DNA of 64,000 bases, taken from Marinicella sp. (GTDB lineage: Bacteria > Pseudomonadota > Gammaproteobacteria > Xanthomonadales > Marinicellaceae). The stretch is taken from positions 160,001 through 224,000 of the forward strand of contig OZ246001.1 in assembly GCA_965230295.1 (NCBI GenBank). The letters run 5' to 3'. Every line of letters begins with the position of its first letter. Within the stretch, counting starts at the first letter, position 1. Both the position numbers and the translations under genes were made by a program. This document shows, piece after piece, positions 11,151 to 21,657 of the stretch. The notes beneath the pieces are model-generated. The model was given only the letters and a program-made list of their open reading frames with translations, ran no database searches and had not been told where the DNA came from.

Positions 11151-14100
11151 GTATGAACTCCTTCATCAGCCGACCTGATGTCGTCGATTTGTTGTTTGTT
11201 CTTTGTGAATAAAGAATTGATTTTGTCAACCCAGTCTCCGGGCTGTCCAAGTTGTAATAAACTGGGCATCAACAACAGCGTGAACACCAAGCTGAATATC
11301 ATCCCACCGATAATCACAGTTGCAAGACCTCTGTAAATATCTGATCCAACACCAGGTATTACCAACAATGGCATCATCCCAAAAATACTTGTCAAAGTAC
11401 TCATATAAACAGGTCTGGCCCTAACCCTCACTGCATTCCTGACGGCTGCCATTCTAGACATGCCCTGCCGTTCTCCTTCGCGTGTTTGACTGACCAGCAA
11501 AATGGCATTGTTAACCACCAGTCCCAATAAGATAATAAACCCAATCATGGTTAACATATCCAAAGATTGGTATGAAACCAAATTCAGCAACTTAAGCGCC
11601 AACAAACCACCAGCCAAAGCCAGTGGCATCACTGCCAACACCAACAGGGAATCTTTCATGGATTTAAAAATGGCTGCCATCATCAAGAACAGAATCAAGA
11701 TCGCCAAAAGAAAATTGTTCAGCATATCACCCAGAGCAGACTCCAACCTGTCTGCACTGCCTTTGTATTGAATCGCCGCCCCTTCTGGCAAATATTCACG
11801 AATTTGTGGTCCAGCCACTGTGCGCAAAGTCTCCAGTGCCTCCTCGACGGTCATGTCAGCAGCAGGTAAGATTTGTAAACTGATGGTCTTCTGCCCGTCA
11901 ACCCGTTGAATTCTGCTGGGCCCAACTGTGCGTTCAATTCGAGCCAATGACCCAATGGTTTGGGCGCCAGCCAAAGGAGTTGCGATTGGTATGGCGGCCA
12001 ATTGATCTGGGTTTGTCCACCCAGCTGATCGCAGAATCATGTTATATCGGTTGTTCCCATCAAAGTATTCTCCAACAAACAAACCACCCGTAAAGGATCG
12101 AATGGCACTGGCCAAACCGCGTGAGGTTAAACCAACCTCTGTGATTCGATGTTCATCGGGAATTATTTGCAACTCGGGTTCTGATAAGGACAAACCGGAT
12201 AAGGGCCTGACCATGGCACCAGGCAAGGCCTCCTGCAAGACCGGCATACTTTGCCTGGCCGCACTCATCAGGCCTGAGATATCTGAACCTTGTAAATTAA
12301 TGGTTATGGACCTGCCGCCATTGTTACCCACGCCCAACAAAGATGCCCGACTGGGGAATGCCGTGGTATCGGGAATTCCTTTCAACAGATCGCCACTGAG
12401 TAAAGTCACAAACTGCTCAGTGTCTTCAGGGTTAAGTGGATAGAGATACAGGATGCTGTTGGTACCAAACATAGACAGGTTGTAGCCTTTTATGAATGGC
12501 TCTTTTTGGTGTTCCATGTGTGGACGCAACCTTTCGACAATGACGTTGCCAATTTCATGCTCATAAACATCTGTGGTCACTCCTGGAGGTGCATTGAAGA
12601 ACACTTGCACAGCATCGGCTTTGGCTGGTGGTAAAAAGTCAGCTTTGGGCATCGTCAGCACAACAATTCCAAGTGACATAACGGTTAAACCAAGCACCCA
12701 GGTGTTACGCTTGATGCCACTGTCAGTCAGTTGCATCACCCATTTTGTGATGTTGTTCCACCAATGTTCACAAGGATCAATTTGTTTGCTGTCTTTTAAG
12801 AACAGTTTACTGGCGACAGGTACAATGGTGATGGCTGCCAACAGCGATGCAATCACGCTGACAGATAAAGTGATGGCCAAATCAGAAAACATTTGTCCTT
12901 CCATACCTTCCAGAAACAAGATGGGTAAAAAGATCGCTATGGTGGTTACTGTTGAAGCAAACAAAGCCCCCTGAACCTGTTTTGGGCCTTGAGTAACCGC
13001 TTCACTTAAAGGCAAGCCGTTTTGTTTATACCGCACGATGTTTTCCTGAACAATGATGGCGGCATCCAATATAAGACCCACTGCAAAAGCCAGTCCTGCC
13101 AGTGATATCACATTCAGAGACAAGTCAAAAATTTTCAGTGCCATGAATGACACCAGTAAAGAAACCGGAATTGAACTGGCAATGATCAAAGTTGAACGGC
13201 GATCTCTCAGGAAAAAGAACAGCACTGCAATTGACAGCATGACTCCCAAACCCAGGTTGTTTTTGACCAAATCAATGGCCCTGCGAATATAAACTGATGA
13301 ATCATAGCTCAATTCGATGATCAAACCTGCTTCATCCAGGGCGCCCTGGTTCAATTCATCAATCGCTTTGTTGACTTCATCCAGTATGGCCACAGTGTTT
13401 GAATCACTGCCACTTTGTAAGGTGATGTAATATGATGGATAACCATTGCGTTTGTTGACGCCGAAACCATCAACCGGTATTTTTTCCACTGTGGCCACTT
13501 CATTCAAGTGAATGGGACGGCCTTCGACCCAGGCAATGATCATTGAGCCCAGTTTCGATAAGTCATGTTGGCCTAAAAATCGAACGGTGTACTGACGACG
13601 ACCGACATCAGCAAATCCGGCTGACACATCATTGGCTGCCGCAATGGACTGGGAAATACTGTTGATGGGTACACCCAATGCAGCCGCTTGATAAGGGTCA
13701 AAATTAATTCTGACCTCCAATGGACGGCGACTGTTCATGTTTACCCGACTGACACCCGGGATTCTGGCCAGTCGTGGCTCAATCACTTCATCAAAAACAA
13801 ATTCGTATTTATCAGAGGTGTAATCAGCATCCAGGTTATCTTTCTGTGTATAAACTTGGATAGAAGCCACATTAGGCTGTCCCTGTCCACCAACGGCAAC
13901 AAACGGCTCACCTGCATCGACCGGTAATGGAGGTGCTTGATTCAGGTTATTGATGACATTGATAAACGCTTGTTGTAAATCTGTGTCTTGTTCAAACGTC
14001 AGTGTGGTGTTGGTAAACCCTCGGTTGATGTTGCTGGTGATTTCCTTCAGGCCCGGTGTACGTCGCAGGATGGTTTCCTGTGGTTCTATGATGTTGGATT

Positions 14101-14278
14101 CCATTTCAGCCGGAGCTGCTGCTCGCCAATTATTGAAAATTGATATTTGCGGTTGTGAGAGGTTGGGCAGCAACTGGATCGGGCGATCCTTGATGGCCAG
14201 ATACCCAAACAAAGTAATGAGTGCCAGTACCACTGCAATGCTGGCTGGGTTTTTCAAACTTATCTGCGTTAAATTCAT
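11147..14278 (-). CDS. RND efflux permease (AcrB/AcrD/AcrF family)
   Basis: LNVISLAGLAFAVGLILDAAIIVQENI, GLVVNNAILLV, RARPVYMS; start moved to ATG 14278. Confidence 0.93.
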   Translation of the reverse strand: MNLTQISLKNPASIAVVLALITLFGYLAIKDRPIQLLPNLSQPQISIFNNWRAAAPAEMESNIIEPQETILRRTPGLKEITSNINRGFTNTTLTFEQDTDLQQAFINVINNLNQAPPLPVDAGEPFVAVGGQGQPNVASIQVYTQKDNLDADYTSDKYEFVFDEVIEPRLARIPGVSRVNMNSRRPLEVRINFDPYQAAALGVPINSISQSIAAANDVSAGFADVGRRQYTVRFLGQHDLSKLGSMIIAWVEGRPIHLNEVATVEKIPVDGFGVNKRNGYPSYYITLQSGSDSNTVAILDEVNKAIDELNQGALDEAGLIIELSYDSSVYIRRAIDLVKNNLGLGVMLSIAVLFFFLRDRRSTLIIASSIPVSLLVSFMALKIFDLSLNVISLAGLAFAVGLILDAAIIVQENIVRYKQNGLPLSEAVTQGPKQVQGALFASTVTTIAIFLPILFLEGMEGQMFSDLAITLSVSVIASLLAAITIVPVASKLFLKDSKQIDPCEHWWNNITKWVMQLTDSGIKRNTWVLGLTVMSLGIVVLTMPKADFLPPAKADAVQVFFNAPPGVTTDVYEHEIGNVIVERLRPHMEHQKEPFIKGYNLSMFGTNSILYLYPLNPEDTEQFVTLLSGDLLKGIPDTTAFPSRASLLGVGNNGGRSITINLQGSDISGLMSAARQSMPVLQEALPGAMVRPLSGLSLSEPELQIIPDEHRITEVGLTSRGLASAIRSFTGGLFVGEYFDGNNRYNMILRSAGWTNPDQLAAIPIATPLAGAQTIGSLARIERTVGPSRIQRVDGQKTISLQILPAADMTVEEALETLRTVAGPQIREYLPEGAAIQYKGSADRLESALGDMLNNFLLAILILFLMMAAIFKSMKDSLLVLAVMPLALAGGLLALKLLNLVSYQSLDMLTMIGFIILLGLVVNNAILLVSQTREGERQGMSRMAAVRNAVRVRARPVYMSTLTSIFGMMPLLVIPGVGSDIYRGLATVIIGGMIFSLVFTLLLMPSLLQLGQPGDWVDKINSLFTKNKQQIDDIRSADEGVHT

Positions 14279-14528
14279 ACCACACCTGATTTTTACAGGC
14301 CAGTGTACCAACCTGTTTAACAGCTTCAATGTGCCATTAGGCCCAAATTACGAAGAAGACTGTAGGCCAAAAGTCATGGTATGTGGCATTTTGTACAACC
14401 AAAAAAACAGTTTAAAAGAGGCTTCAACACAGGAAATGTTCAATCAAAGACTCAAGAACAACCTCAATACATTCACGAATCTGATGCTTGATTGACGAAT
14501 TGTCATAAATCTTTCAACGTTATTGACA

Positions 14529-15077
14529 TCAGCCATCAAAGTTGCTGGCAAAAATGACATCACTGGGCATGATGGCCAGGGCTGAAGCATCATCTCTGAC
14601 AAAACGGTAAAATTCTTGTGATGCCTGCATACCCCTTTGGCCAGACAATACATAGGCCAAGACATAAACCGTGCCAACTGACTCAGCTGGCGGGACCCAA
14701 AACACTGTTCTGGACATGACATCGCCATGTTGTGAGGTGTGGGTAGCTGCCATGGCTGCACCATCACAATCTCTGACTTCTGTTTCAGTGGCAAAATCAA
14801 ATGTACCCACTTTTGTACCATTCTCGTCGACAACTGAAACCACGATTCCGGTAAACACGGGGCCAGAAATGTTTAACTCAACAAAGTCAGTGTTGTTGTA
14901 CACCGGTGAATCAGACGTCAACACGTATGGACCAGGTGTTTGGTTTCTGGTGCGAGTACCCATTGCTGTGATGGTTGAAAAATCAGCGACAACATCGCAA
15001 GTTCCTGCACCACTTGGGAATGCAAAAGCTGAATTAGCTTGACCAAATAATAAAATTGAAATGATTAAATAGCGCAT
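14529..15077 (-). CDS. Secreted protein with Reeler-like domain and C-terminal DVIFASNFD motif
   Basis: Signal peptide; FPSGAG.C, FTG, ATH, WVPP pattern typical of Reeler domains. Confidence 0.7.
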   Translation of the reverse strand: MRYLIISILLFGQANSAFAFPSGAGTCDVVADFSTITAMGTRTRNQTPGPYVLTSDSPVYNNTDFVELNISGPVFTGIVVSVVDENGTKVGTFDFATETEVRDCDGAAMAATHTSQHGDVMSRTVFWVPPAESVGTVYVLAYVLSGQRGMQASQEFYRFVRDDASALAIMPSDVIFASNFDG

Positions 15078-15283
15078 AATACTCCTTGGGGTAAGTAAGT
15101 GAATCTATTAACAGTATACCCAATCAACAAAGCAAATTTCATTAAAAACAACCAATCAACTTGAGCTGTGATAAATAAAATTAACTTTGCTACCAAGTTT
15201 ATCGAATTTTTATATTTTAAATTTCATGCTGCAGTGCATTTACCGTTATAATCGCGCCCTTTTGTACCACCAGCAGACCAGAC

Positions 15284-16882
15284 ATGATTTCTCCAGCCAA
15301 CATCACCATGCAATTCGGTTCCAAACCATTGTTTGAGAACATATCTATTAAATTCGGCAACGGCAACCGCTATGGACTGATTGGTGCCAATGGGTGTGGT
15401 AAATCCACCTTCATGAAAATATTGACTGGTGAATTGGCGCCCTCCTCCGGTAATGTCAGTTATGATCCAGATGAACGCATTGGAGTTTTGGGTCAAGACC
15501 AATACGCCTTTGAAGAATACTCGGTGATAGACACAGTGATCATGGGTCACAAAGAACTGTGGGAAGTCAAAGCTGAACGCGACCGCATCTATGCTTTGCC
15601 TGAAATGTCAGATGAAGAAGGCATGTTGGTTGGTGAGCTGGAAAACACCTTTGCTGAAATGGATGGTTACTCTGCCGAAGCCAGGGCCGGAGAATTGTTA
15701 TTAGGTCTGGAAATTCCAGAGAGTCAGCACTACGGCCCCATGTCTGAAGTGGCGCCCGGTTGGAAACTGCGGGTGCTGTTGGCACAAGCTTTGTTTGCTG
15801 ATCCCGATGTGTTGTTACTCGATGAGCCTACCAATAACCTGGACATCAACACCATCCGCTGGTTGGAAGACACGTTGAATGCCAGAAAATCAACGATGAT
15901 CATCATTTCACATGACCGACACTTCTTGAATTCTGTGTGCACCCACATGGCTGACTTGGATTACGGCGAATTGCGCATGTTCCCTGGAAACTACGATGAA
16001 TACATGACCGCAGCAACCCAAGCCAAAGAACGTTTGTATGCTGAAAACGCCAAGAAAAAAGCCCAGATAGCCGAATTACAAAGTTTTGTCAGTCGCTTCT
16101 CAGCCAATGCGTCCAAGGCCAAGCAAGCCACATCCAGACAAAAACAACTGGATAAGATCAAACTTGAACACATCAAACCTTCTTCACGAGTGAACCCGTA
16201 CATCGTCTTTAAACAAGGTAAGAAATTGTTCAGAAATGCCATCAATGTCAAAGGCTTGAGCAAATCATTTGATGACAAAACCTTGTTCAAAGATGTGGAT
16301 CTGATGCTTGAAGTGGGCGAGCGTCTGGCTGTCATCGGTGCCAACGGCATTGGTAAAACCACCTTTTTGAATTGCATCACTGAAACCACAGAAGCTGACA
16401 GTGGTGAAATCAAGTGGTCTGAAAATGTCGAGATCGGTTATTTCAAACAAGACAATTTAGGCGCCTTCAAAAAAGACATGACCGTCTTCAACTGGATGGA
16501 ACAATTCAAAAAGAAAGACGATGATGAACAAGCCATTCGATCTGTATTGGGAAGGATGCTATTTTCGAAAGAAGATTCCAACAAAAAGATCAGTGTGCTT
16601 TCAGGTGGAGAAAAAGGTCGTTTGATGTTTGGCAAGTTGATGTTAGAAGAACCCAATGTCATCATCATGGATGAACCCACCAACCATTTGGACATGGAAT
16701 CCATTGAGTCACTGAACCTGGCCCTGGAAAATTACGAAGGGACATTAATCTTCGTATCACATGATCGCCAATTCGTCTCATCGATTGCCACCCGAGTGAT
16801 GGAAATCCTACCCAATGAAGTGGTCGACTTCCGGGGCACTTACCAAGAATATCTGGAACGCCAGGGCATCAAGGGCGATTAA
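15284..16882 (+). CDS. ybiT: ABC-F family ATPase YbiT
   Basis: [56 protein letters not shown]; two NBDs, no TM. Confidence 0.92.
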   Translation: MISPANITMQFGSKPLFENISIKFGNGNRYGLIGANGCGKSTFMKILTGELAPSSGNVSYDPDERIGVLGQDQYAFEEYSVIDTVIMGHKELWEVKAERDRIYALPEMSDEEGMLVGELENTFAEMDGYSAEARAGELLLGLEIPESQHYGPMSEVAPGWKLRVLLAQALFADPDVLLLDEPTNNLDINTIRWLEDTLNARKSTMIIISHDRHFLNSVCTHMADLDYGELRMFPGNYDEYMTAATQAKERLYAENAKKKAQIAELQSFVSRFSANASKAKQATSRQKQLDKIKLEHIKPSSRVNPYIVFKQGKKLFRNAINVKGLSKSFDDKTLFKDVDLMLEVGERLAVIGANGIGKTTFLNCITETTEADSGEIKWSENVEIGYFKQDNLGAFKKDMTVFNWMEQFKKKDDDEQAIRSVLGRMLFSKEDSNKKISVLSGGEKGRLMFGKLMLEEPNVIIMDEPTNHLDMESIESLNLALENYEGTLIFVSHDRQFVSSIATRVMEILPNEVVDFRGTYQEYLERQGIKGD

Positions 16883-16941
16883 CAGCTCGTTGACTGAACA
16901 TCAGAAAGCTTCAAAAACACCAGGTCAAGCCGAAGATCAAA

Positions 16942-17030
16942 CGTCCACTGAGCGAAGTCGAAGTGAACAGTTATCCGCTGTCTTTGGCTTCGACTCCAGC
17001 CTGTGCTGAGCCAGTCGAAGTGCTCAGCCG
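16942..17030. repeat. REP-like palindrome cluster (ctgagcgRagtcgaag family)
   Basis: cactgagcgaagtcgaagtg plus nested inverted copies; the same motif occurs at 42212-42317 and 55526-55550. Confidence 0.75.
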
Positions 17031-17057
17031 ACGACTTAATCACCTCGCTAAATTCTG

Positions 17058-17348
17058 TCACAAACAATCCAAACCATCCAAAGCCATATGGATGACCAAT
17101 CCCAAACCAATTAATCGGGTTTTAGGGAATAACAGAAACAAGACATACACAGCAATCAATCCCGGATGATGCAATGGATGAAACCCTATGCTGCAACGAT
17201 TGGGGTCATAAATTGGATTTGCCAGCAGATGATCCAAGTCCACCAGCATGGTCAACATCATGATGACAAATGCCTTGATCCATTGAGGACGGTAAAAAAC
17301 ACCTGCCACAATCAATGGAACCATAAAGTGGAGCAAGATATGAGCCAT
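17058..17348 (-). CDS. DUF6122-like small membrane protein
   Basis: MLVDLDHLLANPIYDPNRCSIGFHPLH signature. Confidence 0.8.
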   Translation of the reverse strand: MAHILLHFMVPLIVAGVFYRPQWIKAFVIMMLTMLVDLDHLLANPIYDPNRCSIGFHPLHHPGLIAVYVLFLLFPKTRLIGLGLVIHMALDGLDCL

Positions 17349-17357
17349 CTGTGTTGA

Positions 17358-18152
17358 TTATTTGTAAATCAGGCGTTCTAAGTGTCGCGCTTTGAAAGGC
17401 TGCCATTGGCCATCGGCTTGAGCCAGTCGGTCAGCCAGTGCCCACATCACGGCAGGATGGTGGCCATAACCCATGTGTGAGCAATTGATTTCAATATTCT
17501 GGGTGAAATCACTGTCTAGCTCTAAGCAACATTGCCAGGCGGTGATACCATCGGTTTTGGAATAGAAGGCGGTGCTTGGAACCGGTGGTGGTAAAGGCAT
17601 GTTTTTGATCAATTTGGGGCACATGTCTGTTAACTTGAAGCCGCTGGTTTTTTCAAATATTCTGGTGGCGTGATTGGCTCGCAGGTTTTTATTGAATGGG
17701 CTGCCCATGGTCACCACCTGACGCACCATCGCTGGATATTGACGGGCCAGTTCCCTGGCATAAATCCCCCCCAGAGACCACCCAATGATCGAAACTTTTT
17801 CACCATGCTTTTGGTGGATGTCATGCAGGCGCTGGATAATGGCAGGCCCGCAAGCGGTTTCCGGATGGCTGTGACGACCCATGTTGCGTCCGAGTTTCCA
17901 ACCATAGGCATGGTAGTTTCGACTTTTCAAAAAGGTCCGTAACAACTTGGTCGAAAAATCCGAGGCCAAAAATCCTGGTAAAACCAACACCGGGTGTCCG
18001 TCACCTTTGGCCGTGGTTTGTAACAACGGAAAACTGAAAGCAAATGAACCCGCTTCAAAAAATGTGCGCATTTCCAATGCCATTTTAAATAAGGAGGGCC
18101 GGTGTAAATGTTGGCCAGGTGTATCAAGAATCGGTTGTTTGGTCATGGTCAT
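17358..18152 (-). CDS. Alpha/beta hydrolase (esterase/lipase)
   Basis: GHPVLVLPGF, GWSLGG, YSKTDGI, SHMG. Confidence 0.88.
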   Translation of the reverse strand: MTMTKQPILDTPGQHLHRPSLFKMALEMRTFFEAGSFAFSFPLLQTTAKGDGHPVLVLPGFLASDFSTKLLRTFLKSRNYHAYGWKLGRNMGRHSHPETACGPAIIQRLHDIHQKHGEKVSIIGWSLGGIYARELARQYPAMVRQVVTMGSPFNKNLRANHATRIFEKTSGFKLTDMCPKLIKNMPLPPPVPSTAFYSKTDGITAWQCCLELDSDFTQNIEINCSHMGYGHHPAVMWALADRLAQADGQWQPFKARHLERLIYK

Positions 18153-18178
18153 AATTGGGTCATACCTGTTTCAGTTTT

Positions 18179-19585
18179 TTATTCTATTGTCACACTATTT
18201 TCTAATTCATTGGCGGCATCTCGGATGTACCGAGCAAACAAATCAACATCTGGCATCACATTGGCTGCGACTGTTGGACTGATTGAAATTACGCCGTTGT
18301 AGCTGAATACTGGCATGATCAGGCCCATGCCATCAAATACCGGCGCCATGCCCATATGTGCCAGCATTTTGTGACCATTCATATACAGTGGCACCTGTGG
18401 TCCTGGCACATTGGTGATCACCAAGTTGAAAAATGGTCGGTGGTATTGACTGGCTTGCATGCGGGTATACAGTCGCGTTGCTTGTGAGCCCAAAGCAAAT
18501 GGTATGAACTCAGCATAGTCAATCAATTGCTTAGCACCAATGGCATTTTGGTATGATTTGCCTTGTTGGGTGTGTTGATGAATTTTTTGCAACTGCTTGA
18601 TGGGGTCACTTTCATTGGTAGGCAATTGGACCAACATGGCTGAAACCTGATTGCCCATATCCTGTTGTTCTTCTTCAGTACGTGTTGAGACCGGAACCAT
18701 CGCCACCAGTGGCTTTTCAGGCAATTCATCTTTTTCCTGCAGATAACGACGCAATGCGCCAGTACAAATGGCCAATACCACGTCGTTTAAAGTGGCCCCT
18801 TCTGCTGCTTGGCGCAAGGCTTTGACCCGGCCAAGATCCAACAAGGCCGTATTCCACAAGCGCTTTGATGACACCGCCTGGTTTAAGATACTTGGCGGTG
18901 CATTGAATAGGGACCTGGGCACATCACTGCTTTGGACACGAGACAATCGACCGGCTTTCCAGGTTGATTTGGCCGTTTCCAACAACAAGCCAGGTAATTT
19001 TAAGGGCCGCTTAATGAAATTCAAGGTACTGCGGGTGATCAAAGTCATGTCGCTGGGTAATGGTTCCACCACTTTTGGTGCCATTTTGGGGATTTTGCGC
19101 GGCCTTTTTGTCACATCAAACAACAAACCCAATATCGCCGCACCAGAAGCGCCATCAATCGCAGCATGGTGGATTTTACTGATCACAGCCACAGAACCTT
19201 TGGGTACTTGCGAAATGTTATCTAGCCCTTCGACAAAAACAAATTCCCACAAAGGCCTGGAACGGTCTAATTTTTGGCCAAATATCCGCGAAGTTAACTT
19301 TCGCAAAGCCCGCCAATCACCTGGCTTAGGCAATGCAGCATGGTGCAAATGCATGTCCAAATCAAAATCGGGGTCATCTACCCAGTAAGGATGGTCAAAG
19401 CTCAATGGCACTTGAACCAGTCTTTGGCTCAATCGAGGCGCCAAAGGCAATCGTTCAGCCAAGAATGCTTTGAAATCTTCAAACGAAAGCGACCCTTCAT
19501 ACACATTCAGACCGCCAACATGCATGGGTTGGCTGTCAGTTTCTAAATACAGGAATGAAGAATCAAGCCCGCTGAGTGGTTGCAT
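18179..19585 (-). CDS. Wax ester synthase/diacylglycerol acyltransferase (WS/DGAT)
   Basis: PMHVG, HHAAIDG catalytic motif, TLNDVVLA, ITNVPGP. Confidence 0.95.
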   Translation of the reverse strand: MQPLSGLDSSFLYLETDSQPMHVGGLNVYEGSLSFEDFKAFLAERLPLAPRLSQRLVQVPLSFDHPYWVDDPDFDLDMHLHHAALPKPGDWRALRKLTSRIFGQKLDRSRPLWEFVFVEGLDNISQVPKGSVAVISKIHHAAIDGASGAAILGLLFDVTKRPRKIPKMAPKVVEPLPSDMTLITRSTLNFIKRPLKLPGLLLETAKSTWKAGRLSRVQSSDVPRSLFNAPPSILNQAVSSKRLWNTALLDLGRVKALRQAAEGATLNDVVLAICTGALRRYLQEKDELPEKPLVAMVPVSTRTEEEQQDMGNQVSAMLVQLPTNESDPIKQLQKIHQHTQQGKSYQNAIGAKQLIDYAEFIPFALGSQATRLYTRMQASQYHRPFFNLVITNVPGPQVPLYMNGHKMLAHMGMAPVFDGMGLIMPVFSYNGVISISPTVAANVMPDVDLFARYIRDAANELENSVTIE

Positions 19586-19677
19586 TTTCGATCGTGGGTA
19601 GAATCATGCAAACTATCATAGCAGAAAATCACGACATCGGCATATAATACATTTAAGACCAAACCCAAGAACAAAAA

Positions 19678-20118
19678 ATGCATCAAGTTCACGTCACCGT
19701 TTATTTTGACCAAAAATTGGACGACATTTTTGCCCAAATATCAGACCATCGCAAATTCCTCTCAGGTGGCGGGCTGACCTGTCGCATGATGCAAAAAGGC
19801 GTACCCAATAAAAACGGCAAAGGCGCTGTTCGAATGGTCAGGACCAAGAAACGGACATTGATTGAGGAAATCACTGACTTTGAAGAAAATAAAGGCTATG
19901 ACTATTTAATCAAAGAAGTCAGACCCCCAGCTGCATTCACCCACCACAGTGGCTGGCTGGAATTCACTGAAGTCAATGACCAGGTGCGTGTTGATTGGCA
20001 TTCACACTTTACATTCACCACGCCAATCATTGGCCATTTCATTGGTTGGTTGGTCAAAAGACAATTGGAAAAAGTCTTTTTACAGAGACTGAATTATGTC
20101 AAAAACAACCCTGCTTAA
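19678..20118 (+). CDS. SRPBCC family protein
   Basis: NGKGAVR, EEITDFE, YDYLI pattern; 146 aa. Confidence 0.75.
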   Translation: MHQVHVTVYFDQKLDDIFAQISDHRKFLSGGGLTCRMMQKGVPNKNGKGAVRMVRTKKRTLIEEITDFEENKGYDYLIKEVRPPAAFTHHSGWLEFTEVNDQVRVDWHSHFTFTTPIIGHFIGWLVKRQLEKVFLQRLNYVKNNPA

Positions 20119-20128
20119 AAAATAAAAA

Positions 20129-20485
20129 ATGGTTAAACAATCTTTGTGGTTATTGGTTGGGTTGATCAGCCTGGTGTTGGGTTTGATCGGTGTGCCGTTG
20201 CCTTTGTTGCCTACCACACCTTTTTTGTTGTTGGCGGCCTTTGCATTCGCCAAGTCATCACCTAGACTGCATGCCTGGCTGATGAACCACCCACGATGGG
20301 GGAAAGTCATCAAAAATTGGCACGATGGTGGGCGTATTGACCGCAGGAGTAAAATCCTGGCAGTGGGCTTCATGCTTTTGATGCCGCCGTTAAGTTGGTT
20401 GCTCAATGCACCCATGTGGGCCATCGGTCTACAAATGGTTGTTTTGGTCTGTGTGGCCACATTCATCCTGACCAGGCCTTCATAA
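20129..20485 (+). CDS. YbaN/DUF454 membrane protein
   Basis: GVPLPLLPTTPFLLLAAFAFAKSSPRLH. Confidence 0.9.
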   Translation: MVKQSLWLLVGLISLVLGLIGVPLPLLPTTPFLLLAAFAFAKSSPRLHAWLMNHPRWGKVIKNWHDGGRIDRRSKILAVGFMLLMPPLSWLLNAPMWAIGLQMVVLVCVATFILTRPS

Positions 20486-20497
20486 ATGGTGATCGAA

Positions 20498-20526
20498 TAA
20501 AAGACCTGAATCGATCAGGTCTTTTA
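20498..20526. terminator. Bidirectional intrinsic terminator
   Basis: taaaagacctga-atcga-tcaggtctttta between convergent genes. Confidence 0.75.
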
Positions 20527-20547
20527 TCTTTATATTGTCCCTATGTG

Positions 20548-21024
20548 TTACCTGAAAATTTCTCGGTTGTAATCAGCCGTTGCTGACAATGTCGCGATCA
20601 CTTGTCCGGTATTTTTATTGACAACAGTTGCAACCACTGTCAAATCAGCAATGAAGCCAATGGGTAAGATACATAAACTGGGCTCGTAAGCCGGGCAACC
20701 GACATTGCTCCATATCACTTTGTGAGTTGGATCAAGATTAAAAACCTTAAATGCAGCAGTGGTACTGAATGCAGTACCGGTACTGCTGCAGGTTGGACCC
20801 GTGTAAATCTCCCATGCAGGCGTATCAACGAAACACAACAGTTCAGGACCAAAAGATTTATTTAAAACAGCGCCCTTATCAGCATGTTCGGGCATGGCAA
20901 ATTCCAGCAACTCTTGTTGTGTTGCATGATTCATCGGCTTATCAAAAGCTGACACAGAAGCTGTAAAAGACATTCCAATCAACAATGCAAAAGTCAAATT
21001 TCTAAAATTTTTGATAGTATTCAT
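20548..21024 (-). CDS. Secreted Cys-containing hypothetical protein
   Basis: Signal peptide from ATG 21024 (GAGG RBS upstream); four Cys; CFVDTPAW motif. Confidence 0.7.
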   Translation of the reverse strand: MNTIKNFRNLTFALLIGMSFTASVSAFDKPMNHATQQELLEFAMPEHADKGAVLNKSFGPELLCFVDTPAWEIYTGPTCSSTGTAFSTTAAFKVFNLDPTHKVIWSNVGCPAYEPSLCILPIGFIADLTVVATVVNKNTGQVIATLSATADYNREIFR

Positions 21025-21253
21025 AATGTAATCCTCATAAAAAAATAAAACATCCATGTGCTCAATTCCTGGATTACATTTTCAAAACTTCAGTCAAAAA
21101 CCGTTATCAAATTTGAGACGTAATTGAACAAAATTTGGACAAAAACAGTTCCTCTTGAGACAATTATCAACAATAAATACACACATTAACTATTTATGTA
21201 TCTGATATTAAAGGTTTTTTAAATATTTGTGAAAAAATCAAGAAGTTGCTGGA

Positions 21254-21400
21254 GAAAGCTGCTGAGCAGCTTGACCCGCCGAGCTGGTTGGTGAGCATAG
21301 CGAATCAGAGGCGAAGAGCGCGAGGTAGCATGTCATGTTCGTAGTGGACGTTTTCACTTTTGTCTGGAACAAAAGTGAATGAAGCCCCAAGAACATTCCT
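21254..21400 (+). repeat. Dispersed ~150-bp structured repeat, copy B
   Basis: Collinear near-identity with 9549-9696. Confidence 0.9.
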
Positions 21401-21411
21401 TTTTATGCTGG

Positions 21412-21657
21412 CTAATTATTCAGTACTTTAACCGGAATAGCGTCTGAATCGATTTCGAATGCATCTCTTAACCAGCCTTTGACTTGCCATACATGGCGAT
21501 ATTTCTTGGCTGTCCCATCATCTTTCTCAAAGACATGGGATGTACCCTCGATATCCACAATAAGATAACAATCATTTTTTAGCCGATGGATCGCTATAGA
21601 CTCATAGCTTTTCTCCTTTAAGGCCTTTAACTGCTTTTGATGGTTTTCATTGTTCAT
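21412..21657 (-). CDS. Hypothetical protein (81 aa)
   Basis: Start overlaps the amidohydrolase stop; plausible composition. Confidence 0.6.
   Translation of the reverse strand: MNNENHQKQLKALKEKSYESIAIHRLKNDCYLIVDIEGTSHVFEKDDGTAKKYRHVWQVKGWLRDAFEIDSDAIPVKVLNN

Noticed and set aside
10104-14278. RND pair with the permease preceding the adaptor and no TolC gene
   Set aside because: Gene-order variants and shared TolC channels are common; not notable
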